From contig NC_135656.1 of the NCBI RefSeq assembly GCF_964188315.1, forward strand, positions 51,088,001 through 51,152,000: 64,000 nt of DNA. Direction: 5' to 3'. This DNA is from Podarcis muralis. Taxonomy: Eukaryota. Shown here one piece after another: positions 1 through 12,100 of this stretch. Numbering within the stretch: position 1 is the first letter of the stretch; every line of letters begins with the position of its first letter. The notes under the pieces were generated by a model. It ran no database searches. It saw only the letters and a list, made by a program, of their open reading frames with translations, and was not told where the DNA came from. A program made the position numbers and the translations under genes.

Positions 1-491
1 GATCTTAGGCTTTTGTTCTTAACGCTTATTCCCTTCTGGAATAAGCTGCCTAAGGGTGTTGTGGATTCTCCAAAAGCTGTTGCAAAACTGGTCAGGTTTC
101 ATAGAAACAAATGTTAAAAACAGTGATTTCTTCATAATGGCAGAAACGCGACTAAATACAAAGTGTCTATAATCAGTTTCTTTACACTTCAGAAGCTTTT
201 ACCTAGGTGCAATTAACATGTTCATTTAATTAATTAATGAATACCCTGCGTTGAAAAGATATAGTTATGGATGAGTGTGCAGGTGGTATGAAAGTTGGGA
301 AAACTAATTAAAAATACATTGAACAGAATGGTGCATTTGTTTCATAGGAACAAAGTACTGCATACTGTTAACACCCTTAATTCTTAGCTAAGCAGGTGAG
401 AATGAAAGTTCAAATGTATGTCTTCCATGTTTTAGTGAAACCATATTTTTCCTTTGTTAGGTCTCCCATATCCTGCAGAAAGAGCTGTGTA

Positions 492-786
492 GGATCAGAA
501 GGTCGGCGGTTCGAATCCCCGCAACAGGGTGAGCTCCCGTTGCTCAGTCCCTGCTCCTGCCAACCTAGCAGTTTGAAAGCACAAAGTGCAAGTAGATAAA
601 TAGGTACCGCTCCAGGATAAACGGTGTTTCCGTGCGCTGCTCTGGTTCGCCAAAAGCGGCTTAGTCATGCTGACCACATGACCCGGAAGCTACACGCCGG
701 CTCCCTTGGCCAATAAAGCAAGATGAGTGCCGCAACCCCAGAATCGTCCATGATTGGACCTAACGGTCAGGGGTCCCTTTACCTTT
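492..786 (+). mobile_element. Sauria (Squam1) SINE, 5'-truncated
   Basis: B-box GGTTCGAATCCC, core GTGCAAGTAGATAAATAGGTACCGC, 3' tail GGTCAGGGGTCCCTTTACCTTT. Confidence 0.92.
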
Positions 787-816
787 TAAAGTACTGATTG
801 CAGTGTTGCTTTAGGC

Positions 817-954
817 CAGGGTGAGGACTCTGGGCTTCCAGATATTGCTGGACTAAATTTCCATAATCCCCAGTACAATTGCCCATGCGGACTGGAGCTG
901 ATGAGAGCTGTGGCCCAACAACTTGTGGAGGAGCACCAGGTTCCCTATCCCCAG
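817..954. mobile_element. Short palindromic hAT-type MITE, degenerate
   Basis: CCAGATATTGCTGGACTA...GGTTCCCTATCCCCAG; same architecture as the intact copy at 12428. Confidence 0.6.
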
Positions 955-2678
955 CTGAGACCATTTCAGAAAGTACAAGGTACTCTGATTGGCTTCTCTC
1001 ACCTCTCCAGATCTGAAGAGCAGGCCATCTGTCTCCTATTCAGCCATCAGGTAGACAACACAAAAACTGAGGCCTAGTTTTTTTGTAAATCCCCAGAGCC
1101 CCACCTTGATAATGTGTGTGTTTATGTGTGCGCACGCACTCTCTCCTTGAACCAATTAAAATTAGAGGTGCCATTAATTACATCCTATGTCTGAGCTGGG
1201 AAAACTACATTTCTCCCTAATACCAAACTTGCTAGCACTGAAATTTGAAATTCCAGGATGGATAGCAGTTCTACTTGAAATGGGGAGTCTGTCCAGTTTT
1301 CTCCAGTTGTTGTGTAGGCGACAGGTAGGGTTAAACACATAACAGTCCTTAGGGCTGTCTGCCAGAATTTAAAGCTGTCCTTTTAAAACTGAAGCTGGTA
1401 CAAATGTTACAGTTCAAGGACAATTCAAGTCAAGTTTATTGCACTGCTCATACTTTGTAAAATCATCTAGGGCATTAAGAGATGATGCAGCCACTACCAC
1501 ACCACAAGGCTCTTTTCCCACCCTTCTTTCCAACCTGTTACAATGCAGATGTGCAGTGGCCTTTACATGGTCCCCCAAACAATGCAATTGCTGCTTCCTC
1601 CATTTTTGTCCATGTGTTATTGGAGGCTGTGCAAAGTTCTGACCAAAGGCTTTCCTAACACTTTATAACATGCCATACAAGTGGCACCAGACCATTGGTA
1701 GGAATGTAATTTGCAAATGCTCTTAAAAAAACCACTTGGATCACAAGTCCTTCCAATGGCCCCAACTGGTACAAAAGCAACTTATAGAGGTAGTAGCAAT
1801 TACACTACTCGGTGCCAATGGATGCTAACAGAACTAAGTCCTCAACTACAGAGGTTATAGTGATATGCCTTGCTATATATTAAATTATACTGTTTTGCGC
1901 TGAGTGCTGTTGCTGCTGAAGAAAAGGGGATGTGTTTCAGTTGCTGCCAAGGACACAGATGAGATGTTTATAAGAGAATCCAATTAATCTGAAAGTCAGT
2001 GATGTGCCAGCACTAAATCTGAATTCACTTTAAAATGTAACTAAGCATTCCCACAGCACTCCTCCCTACAGGGGTGTGTCTGCAACCTTCACTGGACAGT
2101 TTTCAGGGAATGCTAAAGATGCACTTCTTTACCCCAGCCTTTTGACACCTGAGGTGCATTTTTTTCAGGACCCACCCTATTTGGTTTCAGCTGTGCTTAA
2201 CACTGAATTTTTAAAGTCACAGGCCCACAGACCTTTTAATGGAAACAGACTGTTCAGACGGAGGTCCTGGAATATTCCGGGGGCGGCCAGTCACCCCTCC
2301 ATGGCCCTGTATATTACTTCATTTGGCCTGTGGTGTAGCAGCATGTCCCTAGTGAGTTTACAACTTGCATGAAAGATACAAACAGCTGCCTCATACACTA
2401 TGTGGAGCTGAGTGAACACTGTTAATCTATAATATATGAAAGAACCATGTAGATACAGACTCCTATTATTTGTTGCAGGCTTCAAGGGGTGGGGACTAGG
2501 GGCATTTTTAGTTGCCATCCTGTGTGTCACAGGCATGTCCCTCAGTGGAGGGTACAGGTAACCTGCAATTTATGTAGGGATTACGTTCCAGGGATAGTGC
2601 ATAAAGCCAAAACTGCGTGTAGTCAAAACAATCCTCTGAAAAACAGAAAACGCCACACAAAAACTGGTGCATGATGAC

Positions 2679-2930
2679 TGTGTGGTATAGTGGTTAAGAG
2701 GGGTGGACTCGTAATCTGGGGAACCGGGTTCGTGTCTCCACTCTTCCACATGCAGCTGCTGGGTGACCTTGGGCCAGTCACACTTCTTTGAAGTCTCTCA
2801 GCCCCACTCACCTCACAGAGTGTTTGTTGTGGGGGAGGAAGGGAAAGGAGAATGTTAGCTGCTTTGAGACTCCTTCAGGTAGTGATAAAGTGGGATATCA
2901 AATCCAAACTCCTCCTTCTCTTCCTCTTCT
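2679..2930 (+). mobile_element. Squam3-like tRNA-derived SINE
   Basis: A-box TGGTATAGTGG, B-box-like GGGTTCG, body CACATGCAGCTGCTGGGTGACCTTGGG...GAGACTCCTTC, (CCT/CTT) tail; paralogous to 24086-24366. Confidence 0.9.
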
Positions 2931-2934
2931 GTGT

Positions 2935-3069
2935 TGCTTAGTTTAGAGAAGCTTTTGATGTTTAATAGACTATTGTATTTTAATATTTTGTTGGAAGCCA
3001 CCCAGAGTGGCTGGGGAAACCCAGCCAGATGGGCGGGGTATAAATAATAAATTGTTGTTGTTGTTGTTA
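2935..3069 (+). mobile_element. L2-type LINE 3' end
   Basis: CCAGAGTGGCTGGGGAAACCCAGCCAGATGGGCGGGGTATAAATAATAAA followed by a (TTG)n tail; a similar end occurs at 46440-46570. Confidence 0.7.
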
Positions 3070-3189
3070 TCCTCTTCCAAGCATGGTATTGCTCCAGGAG
3101 ATGATCGGACAGGCTTTGGAAACCGATAAGAGATTTGCAGATGACATGGTTAGCCTTGGTTAAGCTTCAGAAGTTGATTGTGTGAACTG

Positions 3190-3750
3190 ATTTGCTGCTG
3201 GTTGTTTTTGTTCTGAGAAACATGGTGATTGGCAACTGCCACTGTTGTTTCACAGCTGGAGCATTTCTGGATAAGGTCTCAAAGTGTCTGTAAAGCCGCG
3301 TGTGATTTTGAGGCTGTGTTCAACAGAAGGATGAAAGTCAGCAATCAATTCATTCATGTGTTTTCATGTGCTTGGGAGAGCAAACTGATGCAGATTCCAA
3401 CTTGCTGGCATATTCTGTCTATCATCCTCATCTTTGTCTTCTGTACATGATCTTAGCTGCTCTTCTTTGTCTGCAAGTGCAGCAGCATCAGTTGTGTGCA
3501 CATTTTCCAGGTCAAAGTGGATCTTAAAGCTTTGAAGCCAACTGGGGCTGGCTTTGAACGCCTTCCCAGGCTACCCATCCTCAGCAAAAGGCTGGGAGAG
3601 TACCTAGAGGCTGAGAGCCTTCTTTCACAAAGTGAAGCCATCAATAGGTATGCATTTACAGTTCATATCTTCAAGCAGGAAGTTTATCGCCTTCTCAGTC
3701 TTCACCAAAATCTTGTCTTCAGTTATTTGAGCACTTGTTGCCACAGCCTC
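3190..3750 (-). pseudogene. Decayed, internally deleted Tigger/pogo transposase
   Basis: The minus frame reads EDKILVKTEKAINFLLEDMNCKCIPIDGFTL*KKALSL*...FKASPSWLQSFKIHFDLENVHTTDAAALADKEE (CENP-B-type HTH), then acidic TEDKDEDD, DFHPSVEHSLKITRG..LRPY and QLPITMF (Tigger C-terminus). It has stops and frameshifts and lacks the DDE domain. Confidence 0.8.
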
Positions 3751-3931
3751 ACAGATTCCCCCCCCCCCCCCAACTTTGATGGCATAGCTGCTAGATTCAC
3801 TGGGGCCAAAATTGCCGGCCAAGGTGCAGACAGACAGGCCACCTCTCAAGCAGTTCAGCACAGCCAAGACTCAGCTAGACTGGTAAAGAAAAAGCAATTT
3901 ATATGCGTTGTGTGTGCGATATAACATTGTG

Positions 3932-3945
3932 CCACCAGATGGCGA
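3932..3945 (+). promoter_or_regulatory. Candidate CTCF site
   Basis: CCACCAGATGGCGA matches the CTCF core CCASYAGRKGGCRS at 13/14 positions and sits at the upstream edge of the CpG island. Confidence 0.6.
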
Positions 3946-4540
3946 CGCAGAGCTCCATTTTTTCTCTACCTGTTTTCCCCTTTTAAATTTATGCCGCTTT
4001 AAACTGAAACGCTTCTTTCGATGCGTCTAGATCCAGCGTTGGAACGAATCGTTGTCCTCTTGTATTGCACAGCAGCTGAGGGAGCTGGCTTATGATTCGG
4101 GGCCATGCTTTTTAATCTCGGCCCCACGCACCCTCTCCCTACAGATCCCAACACGATCCCCTACGTGAGTGCACAACGGCGGATGGGATTGCTGAATCCA
4201 CCCCTCAAGACCCATCCGTGTAAAGCGTGTAAAGTTGAAGCCGGGGGGGGGGACAGGAGAGGGGGCGAAGTTTTGCAAGGGGATATTTACTCCATAGGAA
4301 AGACTGAGGGAGAGTTGTGGAAAAGGAGCTCAAAGTGCTTTACGCGACGACGGCTCGAAAGGCGACCTTTGGCCTCCCTCGGAAACCAATTGCGCCGCCT
4401 CCTGTCGCGACAAGGAGCGTTTCAAAGTGTGGCAATTCCAGATTCAGACGAGGATTAATTGGAGCCTTTTCCTCTTCTGAGAAAAAGGCGACGCCTGCGT
4501 TTGACCTCGGCTGCTTTCGAGCTCTCTTCCTTCACTTCAC

Positions 4541-4564
4541 AGAGAGAGAGAGAGAGAGAGAGAG
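4541..4564. repeat. (AG)12 microsatellite in the promoter
   Basis: Read directly. Confidence 0.95.
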
Positions 4565-5432
4565 GCGGGCGAGTTGGGGGGTCAAATGGAGGTTAAAATG
4601 GTCCTTGGGATTGTGTGGAAAAGACTCCTCCTCATATTAATCTAGTCCCTCTATTTCCCCCTTGCTGTTCTTGGTTATGGGTGACGTGAAAGAAAGGCAA
4701 GGATCGTGCGCGGGTTGGTTGTTGTGTTACTGGCAGTGGGCAGGAACGTGTGGATTTGCCGCCCAACTCCAACTTCCCACCGGTGTTCCGGCCACATCTG
4801 AAAAGTTGCGCCTTTGCTTCCACATCCCCTCCGCCCCCCAAAAGCACACCCCCCCCCCATTCTCAGCGGCACAAGCGAAAGGCATGGCGCGGAGAGGCGC
4901 TTCTGCGTGTTTGGCCTGAAAGCGCTGGCGAGCCGCACGGTGGTCGTGGCCCTTTAAGAAGCCCGGGGAGCGGGGCTGGATCAGAGAGCGCCATAACCAC
5001 ACCGCCTGCGCCTGAGTGGGATAGGCTGCTTTGGCAGGGATGGGCTGGGAGGAGCCCTCCTGCATCTGCAAACTCTGGCCAGGGAAAGAGCGAAGGGGGT
5101 AGAGCTGGGGGGGAGGAGGAGGAGGAGGAAGAGGAAGAGGAAGCAGAAGCAAGAAAGGGGAAAGGGGGCGGGGGGGACACAGGCAGGCGCTGAGGGTGCT
5201 GTGGGGCTCAGGCTCGCCTATCCCTTAGCAGCGCAATCTCTGCAACCGCTGCGTTTAAAAGTTTCTGCGCTTTGGGTCCAGGAGCGTTGACTGCGCCGAC
5301 CCTCCCGGAGGAGGGGTTTCTTTCGTCTTATCTTCCCCTCTACCCGTCTCCGAGATTTACACTCCTTCCCTCCCCCCTCCCGCTTTATTTTGTTACTTGC
5401 TTCTGGGGTTCGGGTTGCAGAGGACCAGCGCT

Positions 5433-5504
5433 ATGCCCCGGAAGAGTATCTTGGAGGTGAAGGTGCTGGACGTGCAGAAGCGGCGAATTCCCAACAAACA
5501 CTAT
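5433..5504 (+). CDS. SH3PXD2B: SH3PXD2B (Tks4) coding exon 1, start of PX domain: [24 protein letters not shown]
   Basis: ATG at 5433 inside the CpG island; 24 codons followed by donor TAT|GTGAGT at 5505 (phase 0). The peptide matches the Tks4 N-terminus ([25 protein letters not shown] in human), not Tks5 (MLAYCVQDATVVDVEKRR). Confidence 0.97.
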
Positions 5505-5598
5505 GTGAGTGAGCGTGGCATGTGTGTGTGTTTGTGTGTAAGTGTAACCCGCGGTCGGGTGGGGAGAATTGCTGAGAGCGCCTTAAAATCCTCTAGCC

Positions 5599-5644
5599 CA
5601 GTGTTTCTCAACCTTGGGTCCCCAGATATTGTGGGAATACAGCC
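5599..5644. mobile_element. Half of a palindromic hAT MITE at the start of intron 1
   Basis: CAGTGTTTCTCAACCTTGGGTCCCCAGAT resembles the left arm of the 12428 element; the right arm is absent. Confidence 0.55.
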
Positions 5645-7063
5645 GTTCATTTTCCTCACATGCTGGGACAGATCTGCTGCCCTTGATACAGCTGCTTTGC
5701 TGGGATTTCGCACGGGCATCTTCTCCCTGCGTGTTTTTTTTTGGGGGGGGGGGGCGTTGGCTGCAACTCCCTAGCTAGCAGAGAGGCGATGGGGTCGCCT
5801 CCCCACAGCCGCTTCTGTGCAGTCTCTTCCATTCCCTCCTGGATCCACTGTGAGTGCATGTTGTAGCTGGAATAGTCTGTCTGTGCACACACTGCAACTT
5901 CCTAGCAAGCCAGGCAGGAAGTTCTTGCCGCCTGGCTCTTTCTTTTCTTTCACCAGCGTTGACATTACAAAGGCAGGATTGTGCATGTTGACCAGCCCGT
6001 CACTTTAAATCTCTGGCCAGTGCTCTGGACGGGTCCCATCGTGGGATGGGCAAGCATAAGTCTCCCTTGGCGTTTGCTTTTAATGGTTTGCTTGGAAATT
6101 TAAACTGCTGGAGGGGATCTGGAGAGCAGCTGCTCTCCTGGCAGAGAAATCTACATGGGTTTCTTCTTTCTCAGAAAGGAAAGTAGTGGCTTTCCTGCCA
6201 GATTTGTGTTCAGCAGCCTAGAAGTGCATCTGTAGGGTGTGTGAGAAGTTTGCTCAGATTTCGATATACCCCAGGCAAGAAGACCTCTGGTACTCCCTGC
6301 TTTTGTGCCCGCTATGCTTTACAGGCATTGTAAGGCTGTGGGAACCTGGCTGCAATGTGTCAGAACTGTCAGATTCTGTTTGGAGTGTGTATCCATTGGG
6401 GCTGGTGACTGGCAGGTTGGGTGCTGCAGCTTGTCATTTCCACTAAACTGGGGTATGCCTGCTGAATAGCAAACACCTCCCCTTCTTGCAGGGTCTGTTC
6501 TCCCACTTTTAATATCCTGCCTGTTCTGTGCTGAATCCTTAACACAAATATTTCGTGCATTATAGATTGCGAGGGAACACAGTCTCTACCCAAAGAGTTG
6601 ACTGGCAACTCTGTTAAAGAATCTATGGCAATGTTTAATTCATTCACAACACACACACACACACACACATATTAGGAGCCGGAGGGGTGAGACTGTGCAA
6701 ATAGAGAGAGCAGAGATGGAAGGTTGTGCTTCACATATGGGAACCTGATTGTTTCTGAGAATAATGAAAAAGGGAGTTAAGTTAGGAGGCAGCCAGGAGG
6801 ATGCAGAGGAGAACAAGGAGTGAATGGTAGCATAGGATGAAACATGAGTAGAAAATGCAGGTCTTTTAATTCCATATCCTCTTATACTGTACAAATTGGT
6901 GCAGCAGTCGTTCACTATACCTACCTCTAATGGTGTAATGATCCCCCCCACCCTTTTGTGATAAAAAGCTATGATAGTTTTATTTTCATATATTTATACT
7001 GTTCTCAGCAACAATTGTCACTAGTATAGGCTTTGTTTTAGAATGTCATAACAATCTGACCTT

Positions 7064-7240
7064 TTATTTTATTGCATTGATATCCCACTTTTCTCCAAAG
7101 GAGCTTAAGGTGGTGTACAGGGTTCCCCATTTTTATCACCACAATGTAACTGTGAGTTAGGCTAGGCAGAGAGAGATGGACTTGGCAGAGGCCACTTACC
7201 GGTAATCAGCTACTGAGAAAGAATTTGAACCTGGTCTCTG
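7064..7240 (-). mobile_element. Older tRNA-derived SINE (Squam3/MIR-like)
   Basis: The reverse complement gives B-box GGTTCAAATTC, then CTAGCCTAACTCACAG..TTGTGGTGATAAAAATGG and the tail GGGATATCAATGCAATAAA. Confidence 0.65.
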
Positions 7241-7242
7241 AG

Positions 7243-7375
7243 CTCCAACTTTGTTCTCTCCAGATGTTGTTTGACTCCCAATTCCCATTAGTGCTAGCCA
7301 GCACAGCCCGTAGTCAGGAGTGATGGGGATTTACAGTCCAAAAACCTTTGGAGGGCACCAGGTTGGGGAGGGCTG
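7243..7375. mobile_element. Palindromic hAT MITE, degenerate
   Basis: CTCCAGATGTTGTTTGACT...CAGTCCAAAAACCTTTGGAGGGCACCAGGTTGGGGAGGGCTG. Confidence 0.65.
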
Positions 7376-7539
7376 CTCTAACCACTGCACCACAGCGACA
7401 ATCTGCCAAATTTTCATAGTGGAGAAGGCAACACAAGGAAGCAGGTGGGGAGAGGAAGATAAACAAAGGAAACAAGTAGCGGGGATGATCTATAGTACAA
7501 TCCTATGCCAATAAACTCTATTGTGTCCAGTAGAGCTTA

Positions 7540-7895
7540 AAGATACCCCTGCCCGTACGGGCCAGTCGTGTCCGACTCTAGGGTTGTGTGCCCATCTCAC
7601 TTAAGAGGCCGGGGGGCAGCACTGTCCGGAGACACTTCCGGGTCACGTGGCCAGTGTGACGAAGCTTCTCTGGCGAGCCTGCACCAGCGCAGCACACGGA
7701 AACGCCGTTTACTTTCCCGCTAGAAAGCGGTACCTATTTATCTACTTGCACTTTAGGGGTGCTTTCAAACTGCTAGGTGGGCAGGAGCTGGGACCGCAGA
7801 CGGGAGCTCACCCCGCTGTGGGGATTCGAACCGCTGGCCATGCGATCGGCAAGCCCTAGGTGCTGAAGATTTACCCACAGCGCCACCCGCGTCCC
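7540..7895 (-). mobile_element. Full-length Sauria SINE with 16-bp TSD
   Basis: The head GGGACGCGGGTGGCGCTGTGG is on the minus strand. TSD TGTCCAGTAGAGCTTA at 7524-7539 and 7896-7911. Confidence 0.96.
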
Positions 7896-8024
7896 TGTCC
7901 AGTAGAGCTTACTCCTTGTTAAATATGTTTAGGATTTCAGCCAAAATGCAGTTGCAGACATGTGCTTTAGAACTGGCTGCAGTTGGAGATGAGATTCTAC
8001 TTACTTAAACATATTAATTATAAA

Positions 8025-8168
8025 TTAATTAATTAGATTTATATACCACCCTTCCTCGCAAGATCTCAAGGCGGTTCACAGAATAAAAATACAAGGCATA
8101 AACACCAGTAAATAATTAAAACAAAAACAACAAAGCAATACCCCCTTCCACAAACACATTTAAAAGCC
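8025..8168 (-). mobile_element. L2-type LINE 3' end
   Basis: TTTATATACCACCCTTCC...CTCAAGGCGGTTCACA is the reverse complement of the L2 tail motif. Confidence 0.6.
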
Positions 8169-8698
8169 TCTTCTACTAGATTGCTGCTGCTTTTTATAAT
8201 GCTTGCTTTTTAAAATACCTTGCTTATAACATGACATTACCTTATGTATCTTATTAGACTGGGGCAGAGTTAGGTCTTGCTTTTACTCTTCACTATGGAT
8301 AATTTCTTTTGTTTCTTAAAACTGAATGCTGCCTTTGCACCAAATGATGCTATAGTGCTGGCCACATTCATCCTTTGAAATACATTCCTGAGTTGACTGG
8401 AATAGGTTTTTTTAATCTTTGGAAGGATCTGCCAGTGACTACAGATAGAGATGCTCTTAGCTGTGTTCTAGTTCTGTCTGGGACATGATAGTATGGAGGA
8501 AATGCATAATCAAAGGGGGGGGGGAGATGGTAGGCTCTTACACATAAGAGAAAAAGTGAGTCATTTGGGAAAAGACAATCCTTTAAATCAGAAGGAAAAT
8601 CAACAAGAAATTGTTGCCTGTAATGAAGGATAGGCGAAATGAATCAGTTTGGTATAGCTCTTCAGTTCAGATGGACATAAGATTTGATTGTCATACCC

Positions 8699-9150
8699 CA
8701 GAGGTTTTCAACCTTTTTGAGTCCATGGCTCCCTTAACCAATTACAATCTTTCTGTGGCACCCCTGTGGGGCTCAGGAGCCCAGTTGTGTCACCCCTTGC
8801 CTGCAGAGCTGACAGCCTCTCACCCTTTTTTGAACACCCTCCCTTGTGGAGTGTTCACTCAGCCTCTTCCCTCCCCTTTCCTTGGGAGTCCTCGGGGCAG
8901 CCGTCCCTTGTCTCTGAGCTGACCCCTGCCCCAAAGAGAGGTGCCTCCCAGAGGCACCATTCACCTACGGAGCTTATGGCCAGGGCTGCTGCAACAAACA
9001 GCTGTGCAAGCCTTTGGGAGGCAGAGACAAGAGAGGGCATCAGGGCAGGGAGGGAAGGAAAGAGGGATGGAGGCCAGTGTTGCCCACGGCACCCCTGACC
9101 ATCATTCAAGGCACCCCAGGGTGCCACAGCACACTGGTTGAAAAACACTG
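8699..9150. mobile_element. hAT MITE (452 bp) with 8-bp TSD
   Basis: TIRs CAGAGGTTTTCAACC / GGTTGAAAAACACTG. TSD TCATACCC (8691-8698) and TCGTACCC (9151-9158), one CpG-type difference. Confidence 0.9.
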
Positions 9151-12100
9151 TCGTACCCTAACGACCTGTTGTTGTTTAAATGAGGCAGTCCTGCTTTCTA
9201 GCTGACTGTAGGGTTGGGCGGTTGTTTGTATCTTGGTCAATTCAAATGCCATGGTTGCTACTGCAGAAACCAGCTCTGTAATTTGCACTCCCTCCTTCCT
9301 TTGAGTAGATTAATTCCTTGGTCCCCTTTCCCAGCTCGGAAAGTTTTGGAGGTGGAGGAGGAAAAGGGGCTTGTACCCAACCTCCCAGTAAGATGCGGTG
9401 TGAGGTCTGGAACTTGTGTTGCAATCCCTTATGGGAGTAAGCACCAGTGAGCACAATGGGACTCCTGTGCGAAAATGCACCGGATTGTTCTTAAGGGTAA
9501 GGTCCTGACAACCAATCTTCGCTTGACTACCAAGGCCCAAACCAAATTTGTGGGTCTCCACTGAGTGCATTTGCATACATCTTACTTGTGCAACCTTCAT
9601 ACTGGGATTGTGTGTTATGAAAAATCCACTTGCACACAAACTGCCCTCTTGGATCAGACCGAAATATCCATCTAGTCAAGCATTTGGTTTCCATCTGCTC
9701 ACCAGATGCCTCAGCGTGGTTAATTGTGATTTTGGATTTTAGAAGCAAATATTCAGATGGGAAATACACTTCATGCTAGCCAATGTGTGTTCTCAAACAA
9801 CACTTGTGATGGGAAAATTGGGGTGGGAATAGGAATTCTTCCCTGTAAATTTCTTCCTCACTTTTTTTTTTAATTATAAAAAAATATTAATCAGTGTTGA
9901 TTCCAATTGGGCAGCACTGCTGGGGGGGGGCAATGTACTAAAAGTGTGTGTGGGGGGGAGAGAGAACCATTTGCAGAGGAGAACTGATGAACACGGAAAG
10001 GGCTAAGCATCTTTCTGTGCTGGTTCTCACCTGCAAATACCCCCCCCCCATTATTAGTATTATAAGGCAAATAAGGATAATAATGATATGGTGGCTCTAG
10101 AGCCTATATTTATTTTATAGCATGTAGATCTGTCCAAAGATTTCTGCTGGCCATATATATCCAATGAGTTCCTTCAGACAAGTTCAGCTCTTTGACTGCA
10201 TACCTGGGACTGTTTGCACGAGCAAGAATATATTGTGTGAACTAGGCCTGAGGCTCATTGTTATTTACACAGATCTTTTTTTCTGTCTTGCCCTTCCTCC
10301 AGTTATTTATGATGGAAAAAATACTGACTTCTCCCTTTTGGAGTAGCATGAAAATGGTTGGTGATGTCATAATTCCTCTTCAAATTACAGTACTGCTCTA
10401 AGTGAAGGATTAAAGGCTGCCTTCCCTCTTGGCAAATGTGAGCCTTCCACGTCTTCCAGCAATGGAAAATATCCACCACAAATATGTTTGCTCTCATTTG
10501 ATTCCTTAGATGATTCTTTAACAGTTAAAAGTTTTTAGCCCTTGAAAAGAGAATGAACTTGTGATTCTGTAATTCAGCTCTGACAACCTTTGCAGGAATA
10601 TCTTGTGTTGTGGTTGATTTGAAATTGGCTGCTGCTGACCTTTACACACCAAGACTAGACCTTTGTTCTTTATCTTCTACCTGAGCTAGGAGTCTTTCAC
10701 CCTATTTTTAAATGTTCTCATATGCTTCCCCCCCGTCCCAGTGGATGAAAATACAGGATGAGATTTCCTTTGGAATCCATAGTTTTTCAGCTTGCCATGT
10801 ATTTCCATCTTTTGAAGGGCAGGTGTGAAAATAAAGGGCAATTTTAGGAGTCTTCTTTTGTCTCTGGAATCCTATGGTGTTTTGTTTCTGAGAAACCTTC
10901 ACACCCACCCCACACACATTTAAATTGATGTGATTATACCATCTACCTGCAGATAGAAGACATCTCCAAACATATTCTTATCTAATAGGCTTTGTGAATT
11001 AAGAGGTCACCTGCAATGAGATCTTCCTACTTTGGTACATGCACTGTTTCTTCACTGGTGACATTCCAGTGATTCCAGAGCACAAGTACCCCACTCCAAC
11101 AATAGTTGTGGAAAAATAATTAGAATTGTTCAGAGAAAGCTTGGAATGGGAAAGAATCACAAGGCCATTCTCTCTCCCCCCACCCCCATTTGATCATGGA
11201 CAGTTGTACATGCATACCGTGACCACATGAAGAATGGTAGACCAGTTTGTACACATAGGCAACCTGCAACCATCTCTGTGCCCAGGTGCTAAAAAAAGTA
11301 CAGTTGGACAATGTAGTTGCACTAAACTTTCAGCCATGAAGCTCACTGTGTGGCCATTGCCAGGCACACTGTCTCTCAGCCTAAACTACCACACTGGGGA
11401 GTTGCTTGGCTAAAAAGTGGACAAATGGTGTAAGCTGCTGCCTTCAATTCGTTGGAGGAATAAATGTATTTTGAAGTAAATCATGTTTCTGTTTCTGGAA
11501 CCCTGTGAACTAGATTAACGTTGAAGTGAAAGAGAACAGTGTTTGCCCTTGAATCTGTACATAAGAACAAGACAGATTCCCAAAGACAGTTAATTATATA
11601 CACTCCAAACCTATTTTTACACAATAAGTAGAGAGGCAGAGTCATCTTGCTGTTGGCTACCTACAAGGCTCTTTCTGTGAGGTTGGAGCCAACCGTAAAT
11701 AGGCCTGCTAGGCCTTCTCAACTACTTTGAGCACAGACCTGCCTTTCTCTTCCCTGAAGGCAGTTTCTTAGTATTCATGAGTTTGGAAAACTCCCTACTT
11801 TCGTAGTGTCATAGTCTGACCTAGAAATGACCTGTGCATTTCCCCACCCCCAGACAGACAGACAGGCAGACAGTCAGTTGCACTTAACTTAATTCTATGG
11901 AAAGTTGTATTTTCAGCTGCGGGTCAATAATGGGGAGACTGGTTCTCTGAGAAAAGGCTGAGGAAAGTGTGGCCTTGAGTAACTTTTGGTACTCATTTAT
12001 TGAGTGCTTGGAAGATCTGATGTTTGAGAATCTGCTTCTGTCCTCATTTATCTCTGTGGCGGCTGTAACAGAGTGCAGAGTTGCATGTAACTTTTGTTTC

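Larger units (their letters stand above)
3940..5830 (+). promoter_or_regulatory. SH3PXD2B: CpG island / promoter and 5'UTR of SH3PXD2B
   Basis: Abrupt rise in GC and CpG density against CpG-poor flanks; spans exon 1. GTGACGTG CRE/E-box-like site at 4681-4688. The TSS cannot be determined from sequence and the boundaries are approximate. Confidence 0.85.

Noticed and set aside
3496-3924. 142-aa plus-strand ORF
   Set aside because: Antisense shadow of the Tigger fossil; no recognisable protein.
4145-4164. 20-nt AG/GT-bounded segment upstream of the gene (also a 396-460 mini-intron pattern)
   Set aside because: There is no evidence of a plus-strand transcript there and the length is not a multiple of 3; likely chance.
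4675-5460. Overlapping ORFs with poly-E/P/S runs in the CpG island
   Set aside because: Produced by high GC (few stops) and the GGA/GAA tract; not protein-like.
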